64,000 nucleotides of DNA from the NCBI GenBank assembly GCA_964623205.1, contig CAZUQX010000001.1, positions 153,954 through 217,953 on the forward strand, given 5' to 3'. The translations under genes were made by a program, and so were the position numbers. Source of the DNA: an uncultured Candidatus Bathyarchaeia archaeon. Lineage in GTDB: Archaea; Thermoproteota; Bathyarchaeia; Bathyarchaeales; Bathyarchaeaceae. Below, in pieces: positions 1 through 10,582 of the stretch; position 1 is the stretch's first letter; the number at the start of each line of letters is the position of its first letter. The notes under the pieces were generated by a model. It was not told the origin of the DNA. It saw nothing but the letters and a program-made list of their open reading frames with translations, and did not search any database.

Positions 1-487
1 GAACGCCCATCCCGATATCGACAGGGGTTACTTTTGCTCCTAGCAATTTCATTCTTTTTACGTTACTCGCCTGTCTCTTCATGTCCTTCATACCCATGAA
101 AACCTCTGTCTCTAATCCGCAGACATTCCCAGCCATCACAGTTGCGAGTCCATGTTGCCCCGCTGCAGTCTCTGTGATCAAACGTGATTTTCCCATTTCT
201 TTCGTCAAAAGAGCCTGCCCTAAAGCGTTGTTGAGTTTATGCGAACCTCCACACACCAAATCTTCCCTCTTAAGGTAGACTTTGCATCCGACTAGTTTGC
301 TGAAGTTCTTCGCGTAATATAGAGGGGTTGGTCTTCCAGCATAATCTCGCAGTAATCCTCCAAGCTTCTCTTGAAATTCACTGGTCGGATAATGCTTTTC
401 AAAAGCCTCTTCCAGCTCGATGAGAATGGGCATCAATACTTCATTTACAAACTGTCCGCCATACTTTCCGAACTTTCCTTTTTTCAC
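1..487 (-). CDS. trpB: tryptophan synthase beta subunit, N-terminal part (runs off window start); contains a 60-nt out-of-register segment
   Basis: Manual minus-strand translation from GTG at 487 gives [31 protein letters not shown] ... [28 protein letters not shown] ... [10 protein letters not shown]. These are the TrpB FGxYGGxFV, PLP-lysine HKxNN and ETGAGQHG motifs. The start lies 15 nt after the trpF stop. The ORF is absent from the track because it has no stop in the window. Confidence 0.85.
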   Translation of the reverse strand, partial: MKKGKFGKYGGQFVNEVLMPILIELEEAFEKHYPTSEFQEKLGGLLRDYAGRPTPLYYAKNFSKLVGCKVYLKREDLVCGGSHKLNNALGQALLTKEMGKSRLITETAAGQHGLATVMAGNVCGLETEVFMGMKDMKRQASNVKRMKLLGAKVTPVDIGMGV

Positions 488-501
488 ATTAACACACCTG
501 T

Positions 502-1164
502 TCAATCGTTGGGTATCTTAATCTCCTTTGCATTTTCAACAAAAGCCCGAACCTTCTCAGGCTCCTTAACGCCTGGTCTAAGCTCAACACCGCTAGCAAC
601 GTCGACGGCGTAGGGTTGGACAGTGAGAATGGCTTCTTTGACGTTTTCGGGTTTCAGTCCTCCGGCGAGAATCACCGGTGTAGGTGCAACAGCTTCCTTG
701 ATTTGTCTACTTAACTTCCAGTCATGCACCCTGCCTGTTCCACCAAGTTGACTCTTGGTAAAGGAGTCCAAAAGAACAGCGTCAAAATGTTTCGAATCTT
801 TTATGACTATTTCGCTCAGACTCGCTTTTTTCACGTAAAAGGTCTTTATCAGACGGGTATCCCTTATCCTCTCGCGAATTTCTGAAGCCACTAAGTGTTT
901 TTCTCCGTGGATCTGGATGGCTGTCGGCTTTAATCTCTCACAGATTTCAACTAGCTCCTTGATGTTGTGAGGAGCTGTAACTACTACGCTGTCAACGAAG
1001 ATTGGCACTTGCCTCAGCAATCTCTCAGCCCTTTCCAAGGTTAGATTTCTGGGTGATGAAGGAACACCCATGAGAAAGCCGACGGCATCCGCTCCGGCAG
1101 CCACGGCGATGGCTAAGTCTTCTTCTCTGGTTATCCCGCAGATTTTTACTCTAACGCTTCTCAA
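502..1164 (-). CDS. trpF: phosphoribosylanthranilate isomerase
   Basis: [26 protein letters not shown]-terminus is typical of TrpF. The TTG start overlaps the trpC stop (TTGA). The position inside the trp operon agrees. Confidence 0.9.
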   Translation of the reverse strand: MRSVRVKICGITREEDLAIAVAAGADAVGFLMGVPSSPRNLTLERAERLLRQVPIFVDSVVVTAPHNIKELVEICERLKPTAIQIHGEKHLVASEIRERIRDTRLIKTFYVKKASLSEIVIKDSKHFDAVLLDSFTKSQLGGTGRVHDWKLSRQIKEAVAPTPVILAGGLKPENVKEAILTVQPYAVDVASGVELRPGVKEPEKVRAFVENAKEIKIPND

Positions 1165-1940
1165 TGTGCAGTAACGAACTCCTTAACCGTTTTTTCGATA
1201 TTGCCAGCCATCATGATCGCTGATCCAATTAAAAAAGCTTGAGCGCCACATTTGCGAAGAAAAAGCAGGTCTGCTGGGGTCATTATTCCACTTTCGCTAA
1301 CAACGATCTTTTCATGACTGCCATGTCTTTTCAGGATTCTCTCAGTTATTCCAACATCAACTTCAAGCGTTCTCAGGTCTCGATTGTTAATTCCGATCAA
1401 ATCAGCATCGGTTTCAATGGCAGACTGAAACTCTTTTTCGCTGTGCGTTTCCAGCAGAACTTCAAGATTTTTTTCATGCGCCTGTGAGATCATCTCTTCG
1501 AGACTACTTTCGCAGTATTCTCGTTCGAAAAGGGCTTCTATCAGAAGAACAGCGTTGGCGCCGATTTTTGCTGCGGTTTCAAGCTGTAATGGATTGATGA
1601 TGATGTCTTTCATTAGGATTGGAAGCTCTACCGCTTTTCGAATCTTCGCTAGGTAACTAATCGAGCCGTTGAAATGTTTTGGCTCTGTCAGAACTGATAT
1701 TCCTGTTGCCCCGCCTTTCTCCATGGCTCTTGCAATTTCTGCTGGATCGAAGCTGCTCTTGATTGTTCCTCTGGAGGGTGATGCAGCTTTAACCTCCGTG
1801 ATCACCGCATTTTTCTTACTTTCAGTAATCGCCTTTCTGAGGCTAACGGAAGGAACTGCGAGTTGAGTTGATATTTCGTAGTAACCTTCAGTGATGGTTC
1901 CTTTAGCATCCTGTGCTAGTACGTCAAGAAAGTCAGCCAT
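1161..1940 (-). CDS. trpC: indole-3-glycerol-phosphate synthase
   Basis: ITEVKAASPSRGTI, ILMKDIIINPLQ and GINNRDLRTLEVD motifs. The ORF track extends to ATG 1979, but ATG 1940 (MADFLDVL) gives only an 8-nt overlap with trpD. Confidence 0.9.
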   Translation of the reverse strand: MADFLDVLAQDAKGTITEGYYEISTQLAVPSVSLRKAITESKKNAVITEVKAASPSRGTIKSSFDPAEIARAMEKGGATGISVLTEPKHFNGSISYLAKIRKAVELPILMKDIIINPLQLETAAKIGANAVLLIEALFEREYCESSLEEMISQAHEKNLEVLLETHSEKEFQSAIETDADLIGINNRDLRTLEVDVGITERILKRHGSHEKIVVSESGIMTPADLLFLRKCGAQAFLIGSAIMMAGNIEKTVKEFVTAH

Positions 1941-2994
1941 GTTTTGTCTCCAACTGTTCAAGCTTTGACAGGTCGCCATCTGAGAATTTGACTAATTCCT
2001 TGAGTTTCTTGTAGGCGCCGCCGCTTTCAATTGATTCGCTGGCTAATTCTATTGCATAACCAAAATCTTCAGCCTTGCCCGCCACAATAATAGCCGCAGC
2101 CCCGTTGACTTGGACAATTTCCCTCTTCGGATCACCCACGTCACAGCAGCCATACAAGATTTTGAAGGTAATTTCAGCGCTTTCTTCTGGTGTGGTTCCC
2201 TTGATATCTTCTATCTTAGCCAGCTTGACGCCAAAATCTTTTGGAACCATCTCGCTTGTTGTTACTTTATCATTTCTTAACCATGAGATACGTGTCTTTC
2301 CGATTGTGGATATCTCATCTAATCCGTCTAAGCCATGGACGACCATCGCTTCTTCTGAACCGAGATTCTTTAAAGAATGGGCTAGAGGCTCTGTTAATCC
2401 CCCATCGTAAACTCCTAACAGTTGGGCGTTGGCGTCCGCGGGGTTCGTCAGGGGACCAAGAACGTTGAAAACGGTTCTAATTCCCACTTCTCTTCTTGGG
2501 CCAATAGCATATTTCATAGCTGGATGAAAGGCTGGAGCGAACATGAAGCCTACCCCGACCTTCTCGACGGCTCCCTCAACAGTCTTAGGGTCCATGTTAA
2601 GGTTAAGTCCCAGTCTCTCAAGGACATCGGCGCTGCCGCTCTTGCTGGTGACCGATCTGTTTCCATGCTTTGCCACCGCTATATCCGCTCCGGCAACGAC
2701 AAAAGCTGCGGTGGTGCTGATATTGAATGTTTTAACTTTGTCTCCTCCAGTTCCGCAAGTGTCAACAAGCCGCCCCTTTACACAAGGATGAATTCGGTGG
2801 CAGCATTCTTTCATAACCGTGGTGAAAGCTGTGATCTCATCAGCAGTCTCACCTTTCAATCTCAAGGCTGTTAAAAAAGCGCCTATTTGAGCGTTTGTTG
2901 CTGCGCCCGACATGATTTCTTTCATACTTGCCGTAGACTCTTCGTAAGTCAAGTCGGCTCCATTGACCAGTTTATTTATGCTTTCTTTAATCAC
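1933..2994 (-). CDS. trpD: anthranilate phosphoribosyltransferase
   Basis: DTCGTGGDKVKTFNISTTAAFV and KHGNRSVTSKSGSADVLE signatures. GTG start. Confidence 0.92.
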   Translation of the reverse strand: MIKESINKLVNGADLTYEESTASMKEIMSGAATNAQIGAFLTALRLKGETADEITAFTTVMKECCHRIHPCVKGRLVDTCGTGGDKVKTFNISTTAAFVVAGADIAVAKHGNRSVTSKSGSADVLERLGLNLNMDPKTVEGAVEKVGVGFMFAPAFHPAMKYAIGPRREVGIRTVFNVLGPLTNPADANAQLLGVYDGGLTEPLAHSLKNLGSEEAMVVHGLDGLDEISTIGKTRISWLRNDKVTTSEMVPKDFGVKLAKIEDIKGTTPEESAEITFKILYGCCDVGDPKREIVQVNGAAAIIVAGKAEDFGYAIELASESIESGGAYKKLKELVKFSDGDLSKLEQLETKHG

Positions 2995-3000
2995 TTTTCG

Positions 3001-3582
3001 TCACCTGCCTTCAAGAAAATTTTTGATGATCTTTTTTCCATCCTCACACAATATGGATTCAGGGTGAAACTGTAATCCTGTAATTGGGTAGGTTTTGTGA
3101 TGAACTCCCATGACTTCACCATCGTCCATAGATTCGGCAGTTATCTCAAGACATGAAGGAATAGAGTTTCTGTCTCCAACAAGGGAATGATAACGGGTTG
3201 CCGTGAATGGATTTTTAACCCCCTCAAAAACGCCTTTGCCATCATGTTTTATTCTGCTAGTTTTCCCATGCATCAGCCGCCTTGCCTGCACGATTTTTCC
3301 ACCAAACGCATAAATTATTCCCTGATTTCCAAGGCAAACTCCTAATGTGGGAATCTTACAACTCATCTGTTGCAGAATCGCAGAACAAACTCCGAAATAA
3401 TGTGCTTCCTCGGGTGTACCAGGACCTGGAGAAATAACTATTCGTTTGGGGTTGAGTGCCATAGCTTGTTGGAGAGTTATTTGGTCATTCCTGTAAACAA
3501 CAGGTTCTCCTCCAAGTTCTCCAAGGTATTGGACAAGGTTGTAGACGAAGGAATCATAATTATCGATAACCAAAACTTTCAC
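3001..3582 (-). CDS. trpG: anthranilate synthase component II (glutamine amidotransferase)
   Basis: VLVIDNYDSFVYNLVQYL, the GVCLGNQ catalytic Cys motif and GLQFHPES. The GTG start overlaps the trpE stop (GTGA). Confidence 0.92.
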   Translation of the reverse strand: MKVLVIDNYDSFVYNLVQYLGELGGEPVVYRNDQITLQQAMALNPKRIVISPGPGTPEEAHYFGVCSAILQQMSCKIPTLGVCLGNQGIIYAFGGKIVQARRLMHGKTSRIKHDGKGVFEGVKNPFTATRYHSLVGDRNSIPSCLEITAESMDDGEVMGVHHKTYPITGLQFHPESILCEDGKKIIKNFLEGR

Positions 3583-4958
3583 TCTTTTTCACTTCCTGAA
3601 GATTCTAAAGCTTTAATTAAGGCCCGGGCCTTGTGCTCAGTTTCGAACCATTCTCTCTCCGGATCAGAATCTGCTACTATGCCAGCTCCCACCTGAATGT
3701 GGGCTTTGTCTCCATTGGCAACAAGGGTTCTGATGGTGATGGCGAAATCTGCGTTGCCATTGTAGGAGAAGTAGCCTACAGCTCCGGCATATGGTCCCCT
3801 TCTTGTCGGTTCAAGTTCTTCTATTATCTCCATTGCTCGGACTTTGGGGGCTCCTGAGACTGTGCCGGCGGGAAAAACGGCTCTTAACGCGTCGTAACAG
3901 TCAAATTCGTCTCTAAGATCGCCAACAACTCTTGAAACGATGTGTTGTACGTGGCTGTATTGGTGCACGTTCATGAATTCTGGAAGGTGAACGCTTCCAA
4001 ACTTTGAGACTTTTCCAATGTCGTTTCTGCCCAAGTCCACTAGCATCACATGTTCAGCGCGCTCCTTGGGATCTGCCAACAGCTCCTCGGTCAGTCGCCT
4101 GTTCTCCGTTGGGTTTTTGACGTGGGGTCTTGTGCCTGCTATTGGAAAAGTTTCAACAACCCTGTTTTCAACTCTCACAAGCATCTCAGGGCTCGATCCA
4201 ACTATCTGGCGTTCACCAGATTTGAGGAAGTACATGTAGGGTGATGGATTTATCTTTCTAAGGTTGCGATAGAAGCCAATCAGGTCGCCTCTTATTCTAA
4301 AATCGTAACGTTTGGAAAGAACAACTTGGAAAATGTCGCCAGCGGTTACATATTCTTTAGCTTTCTCTACGGCTTTCTCAAAGTGCTCCTTAGCTATGTT
4401 GACTCTCAGTTGTTTATGTGACAAAGTCTCGTGATCATTTGGTCCTGTTAGTAGTTTATCGATTTCCGCTAGCCGATTTTTGTTTAAGTAATAATAGAAT
4501 GCCTGTTTGTTTCTGTGGTCATAGACGATGCCGTCATCAAAAACCCCCACTTCAACATCAGGGAATTTCTGGTCGTCGAGTGCCCTTTCAGGCAGTCTTT
4601 CCCAGCATCGAACTGCATCATAAGAGATGTATCCCACAGCTCCGCCTACGAATCTTTGTTCCTTAAAACCGGGTCGGTTTTTGATTGTTTTCTCGATTAC
4701 CGCTAATGGTTCAGTGACTTTTTCTCTTTCTTCTTCACCGGTTGTTTCGTTACGGGTTACTGCTTCTCCGTTCTTAATCTTGATTGTTAAAGCTGGGTCA
4801 AATCCTATGAAGGAATACTGTGACAATTTCTTTGGGCCCTCAATTGACTCAAGCATGTATGCATTTTCATAGCGGCTATAGAGTTTCGAGAAGATTTCGA
4901 GAGGCGATTTTTTGAAGGAGAGTTTTTTAATCTTCAATTGACGAGTCAATTTAGGCAT
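3579..4958 (-). CDS. trpE: anthranilate synthase component I
   Basis: Chorismate-binding domain motifs [37 protein letters not shown] and [17 protein letters not shown]. Confidence 0.93.
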   Translation of the reverse strand: MPKLTRQLKIKKLSFKKSPLEIFSKLYSRYENAYMLESIEGPKKLSQYSFIGFDPALTIKIKNGEAVTRNETTGEEEREKVTEPLAVIEKTIKNRPGFKEQRFVGGAVGYISYDAVRCWERLPERALDDQKFPDVEVGVFDDGIVYDHRNKQAFYYYLNKNRLAEIDKLLTGPNDHETLSHKQLRVNIAKEHFEKAVEKAKEYVTAGDIFQVVLSKRYDFRIRGDLIGFYRNLRKINPSPYMYFLKSGERQIVGSSPEMLVRVENRVVETFPIAGTRPHVKNPTENRRLTEELLADPKERAEHVMLVDLGRNDIGKVSKFGSVHLPEFMNVHQYSHVQHIVSRVVGDLRDEFDCYDALRAVFPAGTVSGAPKVRAMEIIEELEPTRRGPYAGAVGYFSYNGNADFAITIRTLVANGDKAHIQVGAGIVADSDPEREWFETEHKARALIKALESSGSEKE

Positions 4959-5149
4959 CGTTGGTGTGGCTGATTTCTGGGAGCCAAAAACTATCCCTCA
5001 TGTTACAACTCTCCTAAGGAGCATAGATAGACTATAACGCTATATTTAAACCTTTTCAGTATAAAAATATACTTCGACTCTTTTCAAGCAGGGACAAGTC
5101 CAATTCTGGAATCAGATGCGTAACTTTAATTAACATCGCATGGAATTGT

Positions 5150-5338
5150 ATGAAAGGAATCGCTATGAGCATGCGGAAGAAGAAAAAGGGAGAAGGAGCG
5201 CGTATGCCCGCTCAAAGCGCTGGGCTTCTGAGATTTTTTGAAGAGGAAACCAGAGGTGTTAAGGTTAAACCTGAGTTGGCTATTATCTTTGCGATAGTTC
5301 TTGTAGTAGCCAGCATTTTAGCACAGGTCTTTTTTTAG
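5150..5338 (+). CDS. secG: preprotein translocase Sec61-beta/SecG subunit
   Basis: MPAQSAGLLRFFEEETRGVKVKPELAIIFAIVLVV, a tail-anchored single-TM pattern typical of archaeal Sec-beta. The true start may be an internal ATG (5165). Confidence 0.75.
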   Translation: MKGIAMSMRKKKKGEGARMPAQSAGLLRFFEEETRGVKVKPELAIIFAIVLVVASILAQVFF

Positions 5339-5340
5339 TT

Positions 5341-5619
5341 TTACTCTTCGTGCAGAACTTCGATACGTTGAACAGAACTTAGGTTGACAAAGACCTCGCT
5401 TCTATCTTCTCTACTTACGATCTGCGGCACAGGCTGGGCTATAGTTGACCGCAACGTCACAACTTCAGCGTCAGAAAGCCAGATGCCCGGAGGATCTCGA
5501 GTTACAGCGGCTAAAGTTCCTTCAAATCCGTAAGAAGGGTCTAAAATGGCAACCATTCTTCGACCAACATGCCGCTCGAGAATCTGGAATACCGACGGAG
5601 GAATACCGGCTTTCGACAT
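5341..5619 (-). CDS. small hypothetical protein, possibly Sm/LSm-like fold
   Basis: 92-aa ORF. The pattern VGRRMVAILDPSYGFEGTLAAV...WLSDAEVV resembles Sm1/Sm2 strands. This is weak, by-eye evidence only. Confidence 0.3.
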   Translation of the reverse strand: MSKAGIPPSVFQILERHVGRRMVAILDPSYGFEGTLAAVTRDPPGIWLSDAEVVTLRSTIAQPVPQIVSREDRSEVFVNLSSVQRIEVLHEE

Positions 5620-5898
5620 AACCTTTTAATTTAACTTAAACTCTCCATAAAAGCTTTTACACTCGAATTCAGTTGGTTTAACCATCATTTTTGTTGCTGC
5701 TCCCGATACCTACACCTACTTTTTCAATACTTTTTCACAAAAATATTAGTAGCATTCTCCAGATATAATCCGTTTTATGTAAAAGTGGTTCTTTGTCTCC
5801 TCTAAATGACATGTGCAGGTGGAAATAAAGTCGGGGGGATGGTATAACATTAATATTTTTGTGCGTTTCCTAGAAGGATATGGACGAGGGACCGCCGG

Positions 5899-7719
5899 TT
5901 GACTAACGATTCAACGGACGAATACATTGACAAGGTTGTGAAGCGCTATTCAAAGCTCTTTGGGCTTCCTTCCCAACGTAAAATCACCCTTTACATTGGA
6001 GTCCTGTCTCTGCACGGCGGAATCTTGTCAATCCTTCCCTTAGGTCTCTCATACGAAAATTTTGCTCTTGGTTTAGGTTTCGGCGGAATCTTTTTCCTCC
6101 TAACCTTACTCTCAGACTTTGTAATCAGTCGTAGTTCCATGAAACATGACCGTGTTTTCAATTTGAGACGTTGTTCAGCTCTCTCTTTCTTCTCCTCTCT
6201 AGTATGGTTTGGAGTGCTTCTTCTCGGCGGCTTAATAAGTGCCCTTTTCGGTGTTCCAGAACTTTGGGTCAGATTCTTCTTCTTGGGTTTTAGTGGAGCC
6301 TTGATACTTCGCCTACTGGTTCTTTCTGTTACCTCCTTCGCGGGCTTTGGAGACACTTTGTTCTCTTCTCTCTTACAGCCAGCTTTAGTTGTGTTGTCAG
6401 TCTTTTTTATGAGTCCAGCAATTGGTTACAACTTGACCCAGTTCCTAATATTTCTGCTAACTTCTGTCTCTGTGGCTCTCTTAACCGTGTTTGCTTTCAA
6501 ATATTTCATGGATCGCGTAGGTAAAGGAAGTCTTGGAATAGCATCTTCCATCCTGTTTAAAGCCTTTCTAGCCAATTGGACAGAGGACCTGATTGCTCCC
6601 TTGGAGACTTTCTTTGAGAAGCTTGGCAACGACCAAAACATCAAAGTCTCTCTGTTGACTTTTAGAGCTGGCAAAAGGATAAAGGCGGTGATTGTTGTTC
6701 CAGCGTTGCACCCGGGTCCCTTCAAAAATCTTGGAAGCAGCCTCCTTCCGTCTTTGATTCAAAAGACGCTAGAGGACAAGTTTGACTGTGTGGTTTCTGT
6801 TCCCCACGGATTAGTGGGACATGAATTGGATCTCGCCTCCCAGTTTCAAAATCAGAGAGTTGTAAAGAGCATAGTTAATTTTGTCGACTTTCCATCCAGC
6901 CATTCTAAAGCCACTCCTCTTGTGCGAACTGGAAAGGAGGATGCAAAGGCTAGTTGCCAGATATTCGGAGACTGCGCTCTACTTACGTTAACCACCGCAC
7001 CGAAAACCATGGAAGACCTCCCCCAAGAATTGAATTCGTTCATTGTGGAGGAAGCTGAAAAACGGGGGATTTCCGCTCTTGCAATCGATGCCCACAACAG
7101 CATGGACGGTCGCTTCGACGTGGATAATGCTGTCTCATCCCTCAGCGAAGCTGCTGTGGACAGTCTAGAAAAGGCACTAGGTCACAACAGTTCATCCTTC
7201 AAGATGGGTGCGGCAACTGTTTTACCTCAAGAGTTCACAGTTCAGGATGGCATGGGTCCTGGCGGTATAAGCGTGATTGTAACCGAAGTCGGCAAGCAGA
7301 AAGTAGCCTATGTGACCATCGATGGAAACAACATGGTATCGGGGTTGAGAGAAAAAATCTTGGCGGAGCTAAAAGAACTGGGTATAGTTGACGGAGAGGT
7401 TCTCACCACTGACACCCATTCGGTATGTGGCATGATACGTAGCCGTAGAGGCTACAATCTGGTGGGCGAAGCGGTCGATCACTCGAAACTCATCAGTTAC
7501 ATTAAGCAGGCGGCTAAGAGGGCTTTAGACAATCTGGAACCTGTGGAAGTGTCGTGGCGCACAGAAACAATCCCTGACGTGAGAGTTGTTGGGGAGCAGC
7601 AGATATCAGAGATAACTATCATGGCTGACAAGACCACGCTACGAGCTCGAAGGCTTGCCGTATCCCTCTTCCCAATGGCTGCTTTCTTCTTGATTCTGCT
7701 TCTCCTGTTTCTCCTTTAG
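5899..7719 (+). CDS. polytopic membrane protein with soluble C-terminal domain (DUF2070-like archaeal family)
   Basis: 606 aa. It has about 6-7 N-terminal hydrophobic helices, a roughly 350-aa soluble domain and a C-terminal TM. Size and architecture match archaeal DUF2070 proteins. Confidence 0.45.
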   Translation: MTNDSTDEYIDKVVKRYSKLFGLPSQRKITLYIGVLSLHGGILSILPLGLSYENFALGLGFGGIFFLLTLLSDFVISRSSMKHDRVFNLRRCSALSFFSSLVWFGVLLLGGLISALFGVPELWVRFFFLGFSGALILRLLVLSVTSFAGFGDTLFSSLLQPALVVLSVFFMSPAIGYNLTQFLIFLLTSVSVALLTVFAFKYFMDRVGKGSLGIASSILFKAFLANWTEDLIAPLETFFEKLGNDQNIKVSLLTFRAGKRIKAVIVVPALHPGPFKNLGSSLLPSLIQKTLEDKFDCVVSVPHGLVGHELDLASQFQNQRVVKSIVNFVDFPSSHSKATPLVRTGKEDAKASCQIFGDCALLTLTTAPKTMEDLPQELNSFIVEEAEKRGISALAIDAHNSMDGRFDVDNAVSSLSEAAVDSLEKALGHNSSSFKMGAATVLPQEFTVQDGMGPGGISVIVTEVGKQKVAYVTIDGNNMVSGLREKILAELKELGIVDGEVLTTDTHSVCGMIRSRRGYNLVGEAVDHSKLISYIKQAAKRALDNLEPVEVSWRTETIPDVRVVGEQQISEITIMADKTTLRARRLAVSLFPMAAFFLILLLLFLL

Positions 7720-7773
7720 AACTTCAGCCATATCGATGATTTTCGAAATTTTCCGAAACCCTTATTCTTTTCT

Positions 7774-8283
7774 TTGACTTTCCTCAGAACAGGAGGCAAT
7801 GCCTTGAGTTCAAAGGACGAGCTTGTGAAGCTTTTTAAGAACCAGATAAAAATTGAAAAAACTATAGTGGATTCGGTGAATGAAGGATTAGTTGAAATTA
7901 AGAATCCGGCTGTCACGGGAGTTTTGAAGGGAATTTCTTTAGATTCCTTGAAGCACGCAGAAATGTATTCCTCCGCGATTAGCCTGTTAACCACCGTTCC
8001 ACGAGCTCTTACAGAAGGAAATCTTGACAAACAGAGAGAACTTGTGGAGAAACACATACGCATAGAAGCAGAGATTATAGAGAAGCTAAGCGAGGTAATT
8101 CCCTCAATCCAGAACGAGAAGATTAAGCTCCTTTTGGAGGCAATATTGTCTGATGAGAAGAGGCATCACGCTCTCTTGAAGAAAGTCTTGGGAATCCTCG
8201 TTAGAGGCGAAACAATAACAGACAAAGAATGGTGGGACGTCCTCTGGGAAAATGTTCCGTTCCACGGAGCCCCAGGAGGATAG
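7774..8283 (+). CDS. hypothetical helical protein (ferritin/rubrerythrin-like helices?)
   Basis: 169-aa ORF with amphipathic helical repeats (LKHAEMYSSAI, SDEKRHHALLKKV). The likely start is TTG 7804, preceded by AGGAGG. Confidence 0.4.
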   Translation: MTFLRTGGNALSSKDELVKLFKNQIKIEKTIVDSVNEGLVEIKNPAVTGVLKGISLDSLKHAEMYSSAISLLTTVPRALTEGNLDKQRELVEKHIRIEAEIIEKLSEVIPSIQNEKIKLLLEAILSDEKRHHALLKKVLGILVRGETITDKEWWDVLWENVPFHGAPGG

Positions 8284-8370
8284 AAGAGACTAAAAAGTGC
8301 TGACTGAAAGAGTCAAGGCGATATTAAACTGTCGCCCTTCTCGATAAGGAAAATTCTGTTCATCCAAAGA

Positions 8371-9339
8371 TTAAGCTATCTCACACAATTTCAGAAGTTT
8401 TTGCCAGCGCCTGTCAACTTCTTTCTGGATATCCTCTAGAAGCTGCTTGTTTTCCGGCTTGAATACGTGTCTGAATCTTCCCTGAGTCCTCAGGTATCCC
8501 TCTACTGGCTTCTTCCTCTCCGGCTTCAACGCTATAACCTTGCTCTGGGGTGAGAGCTTGTATTCGCCGTATTCAGCCTCCCAGTTCGGAAAGACACACG
8601 TTTCAACTGCCAACCGAGAGATTTCAACAGATTTAGCTGTCTCGCTTCTCCAGCCTCGTGGACATGGAGCAAAAACATGGAGGAAAGCCGGCCCGTTTAC
8701 TTCCATTCCTTTCCTAGCCTTTACGACAAGGTCTTTCCAGTGGGCTATGTTGGCTGTGGCGACGTAGGGCATCTCGTGGGCAACCATTATGTCTGCTATG
8801 GGCTTTTTGCGCTCAGGCTTTCCTGGAATAACCTTTCCAGCGGGCGAAGTTGTTGTCCATGCTCCCATCGGGGTGCCGCCGCTCCTCTGTATTCCCGTGT
8901 TCATGTAGGCTTCGTTGTCGTAGAGCACGTAGAGAAAGTCGTGTCCTCTCTCCACGGCGCCGGACAAAGCTTGGATGCCTATATCGAAGGTTCCTCCGTC
9001 TCCGGAGAAAGCTACAACGTCCACATGTTCATTCTTCAAGCGTCCTTTCTTCTTCAGTACCTTTAATGCAGTCTCTATGCCAGATGCGTTGGCGGCTGCA
9101 GTCTCGAAGGCGGTGTGTATCCACGGTACATTCCAGGCGGTGTAAGGGTAGATTGTAGAGACTACCTCCATGCATCCTGTAGAGTTTGTGGCTATGATTG
9201 GGCCTCTTGCAGCCTTCATTACCAATCGGAGAGCTATCGCCGGGCCACATCCGGCACATGCTCTGTGGCCAGAGGCGAAGAGTTCAGGTGTTTGGGCGAA
9301 CTCTTTTGCTGTAAATTTCCATTCTGCCACTGTTTTCAC
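8371..9339 (-). CDS. porB: pyruvate/2-oxoacid:ferredoxin oxidoreductase beta subunit (TPP-binding)
   Basis: ASGHRACAGCG, GDGGTFDIG (TPP motif) and NEAYMNTG. Last gene of the porGDAB order. Confidence 0.9.
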   Translation of the reverse strand: MKTVAEWKFTAKEFAQTPELFASGHRACAGCGPAIALRLVMKAARGPIIATNSTGCMEVVSTIYPYTAWNVPWIHTAFETAAANASGIETALKVLKKKGRLKNEHVDVVAFSGDGGTFDIGIQALSGAVERGHDFLYVLYDNEAYMNTGIQRSGGTPMGAWTTTSPAGKVIPGKPERKKPIADIMVAHEMPYVATANIAHWKDLVVKARKGMEVNGPAFLHVFAPCPRGWRSETAKSVEISRLAVETCVFPNWEAEYGEYKLSPQSKVIALKPERKKPVEGYLRTQGRFRHVFKPENKQLLEDIQKEVDRRWQKLLKLCEIA

Positions 9340-9344
9340 TTCAT

Positions 9345-10574
9345 TTACTCCCTTAGTCCAATGAATTGAATTTGGTCCTTGATTTGACCTGTCTCCGTAA
9401 TCTTCTGTAGATCGCGGTAGATGCTGTCGATCATGTAGGGTGACGTATCCCTTCCTCCCAAACCATAGATGTAATTCACCAGCGGCGGCTTGTTGGGCAA
9501 GTCATAGAGAGCATGGCGTATTTCATGGAACAGTGGGCCTCCGTTCCCACCGAAACTGCACGCTCTATCCATTACTGCAACCGCCTTTTTGCCTGAGAGG
9601 CAACGGATTATGTCTTGGACTGGTAGTGGTCTGAATGCCCTCATTCTCAGCAGTCCAGCTTTGATTCCGTTCTCGCGCAGTTCATCGACAACCGTTTTTA
9701 CGGTGCCTGCGGTTGAGCCTATGCATACTGTGGCTATTTCTGCGTCGTCAAGCCTGTAGGGTTCAACTAGACCGTTTCCGTAGTTGCGACCGCTCTGTTT
9801 TGCATACTCGTCGTGAACCTGTTTGATAACTTCAAGTGCTCTTCTCATGGCTTCTTCTTGCTGTCTCTTATGCTCGAAATAGTAGTCGTAAAGGTCGAGT
9901 GGTCCAATTGTTAAGGGGTTTTCTGGGTCAAGTTTGAAAGGAACCATCTTTCCACGGTGATTCATTACTAGGGGAACGTCTCGGTTTCCAACGAATTTTC
10001 TGACAGTTTCTGTTGGGAGAACCTTCACGTTTTCTAATGTGTGACTTAGGACGAAACCGTCGAGGCCAACCATTGTGGGAAGCAGTATCTCTGGATTTTC
10101 GGCTATCTTGAAGGCTTGAATTATCGAGTCATAGGCTTCTTGGCTGTTTTCTGCGTAGATTTGTAGCCATCCTAAGTCCCTTTGAGCCATGCTGTCCGAG
10201 TGGTCGCAGTGAATGTTGATGGGAGCTGATAATGCCCGGTTTACAACTGACATGACGACAGGCGCTCTGCAGCCTGAAGTTACGGCCAGCATTTCATGCA
10301 TCAAAGCTAACCCTGCTGAGGCTGTGGCTGTGAATGTTCTGGCTCCTGTTGCGGATGCTGTTAGGCAGCATGTCATGGCGCTGTGTTCTGATTCTACGCA
10401 GACGAAGGCTGTTTCTACTTCGCCGTTGGCTACGTATTCGCTGAATTTTTCAACGATTATGGTTTGTGGTGTAATCGGGTAGGCAGCTACCACATCCACG
10501 TCGCACTGTTTTACAGCGTAGGCGACTGCAGTGTCTCCGTTCAGGGGCATAGTTTTCTGTTCAACTTTAGCCAT
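9345..10574 (-). CDS. porA: pyruvate/2-oxoacid:ferredoxin oxidoreductase alpha subunit
   Basis: NGDTAVAYAVKQCDVDVVAAYPITPQT and ESEHSAM motifs. 409 aa. Confidence 0.9.
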   Translation of the reverse strand: MAKVEQKTMPLNGDTAVAYAVKQCDVDVVAAYPITPQTIIVEKFSEYVANGEVETAFVCVESEHSAMTCCLTASATGARTFTATASAGLALMHEMLAVTSGCRAPVVMSVVNRALSAPINIHCDHSDSMAQRDLGWLQIYAENSQEAYDSIIQAFKIAENPEILLPTMVGLDGFVLSHTLENVKVLPTETVRKFVGNRDVPLVMNHRGKMVPFKLDPENPLTIGPLDLYDYYFEHKRQQEEAMRRALEVIKQVHDEYAKQSGRNYGNGLVEPYRLDDAEIATVCIGSTAGTVKTVVDELRENGIKAGLLRMRAFRPLPVQDIIRCLSGKKAVAVMDRACSFGGNGGPLFHEIRHALYDLPNKPPLVNYIYGLGGRDTSPYMIDSIYRDLQKITETGQIKDQIQFIGLRE

Positions 10575-10582
10575 TTTTCAGT

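Noticed and set aside
81-613. Plus-strand ORFs 81..278 and 371..613 listed in the track
   Set aside because: They lie antisense to clear TrpB- and TrpF-coding sequence on the minus strand and have no motifs. They are shadow ORFs.
8540-9369. Cluster of plus-strand ORFs (8540..8767, 8677..9066, 8850..9158, 9115..9369, 9170..9364)
   Set aside because: All are antisense to porB, whose TPP motifs are unambiguous. Their Arg/Ser/Cys-rich low-complexity translations are typical of antisense frames.
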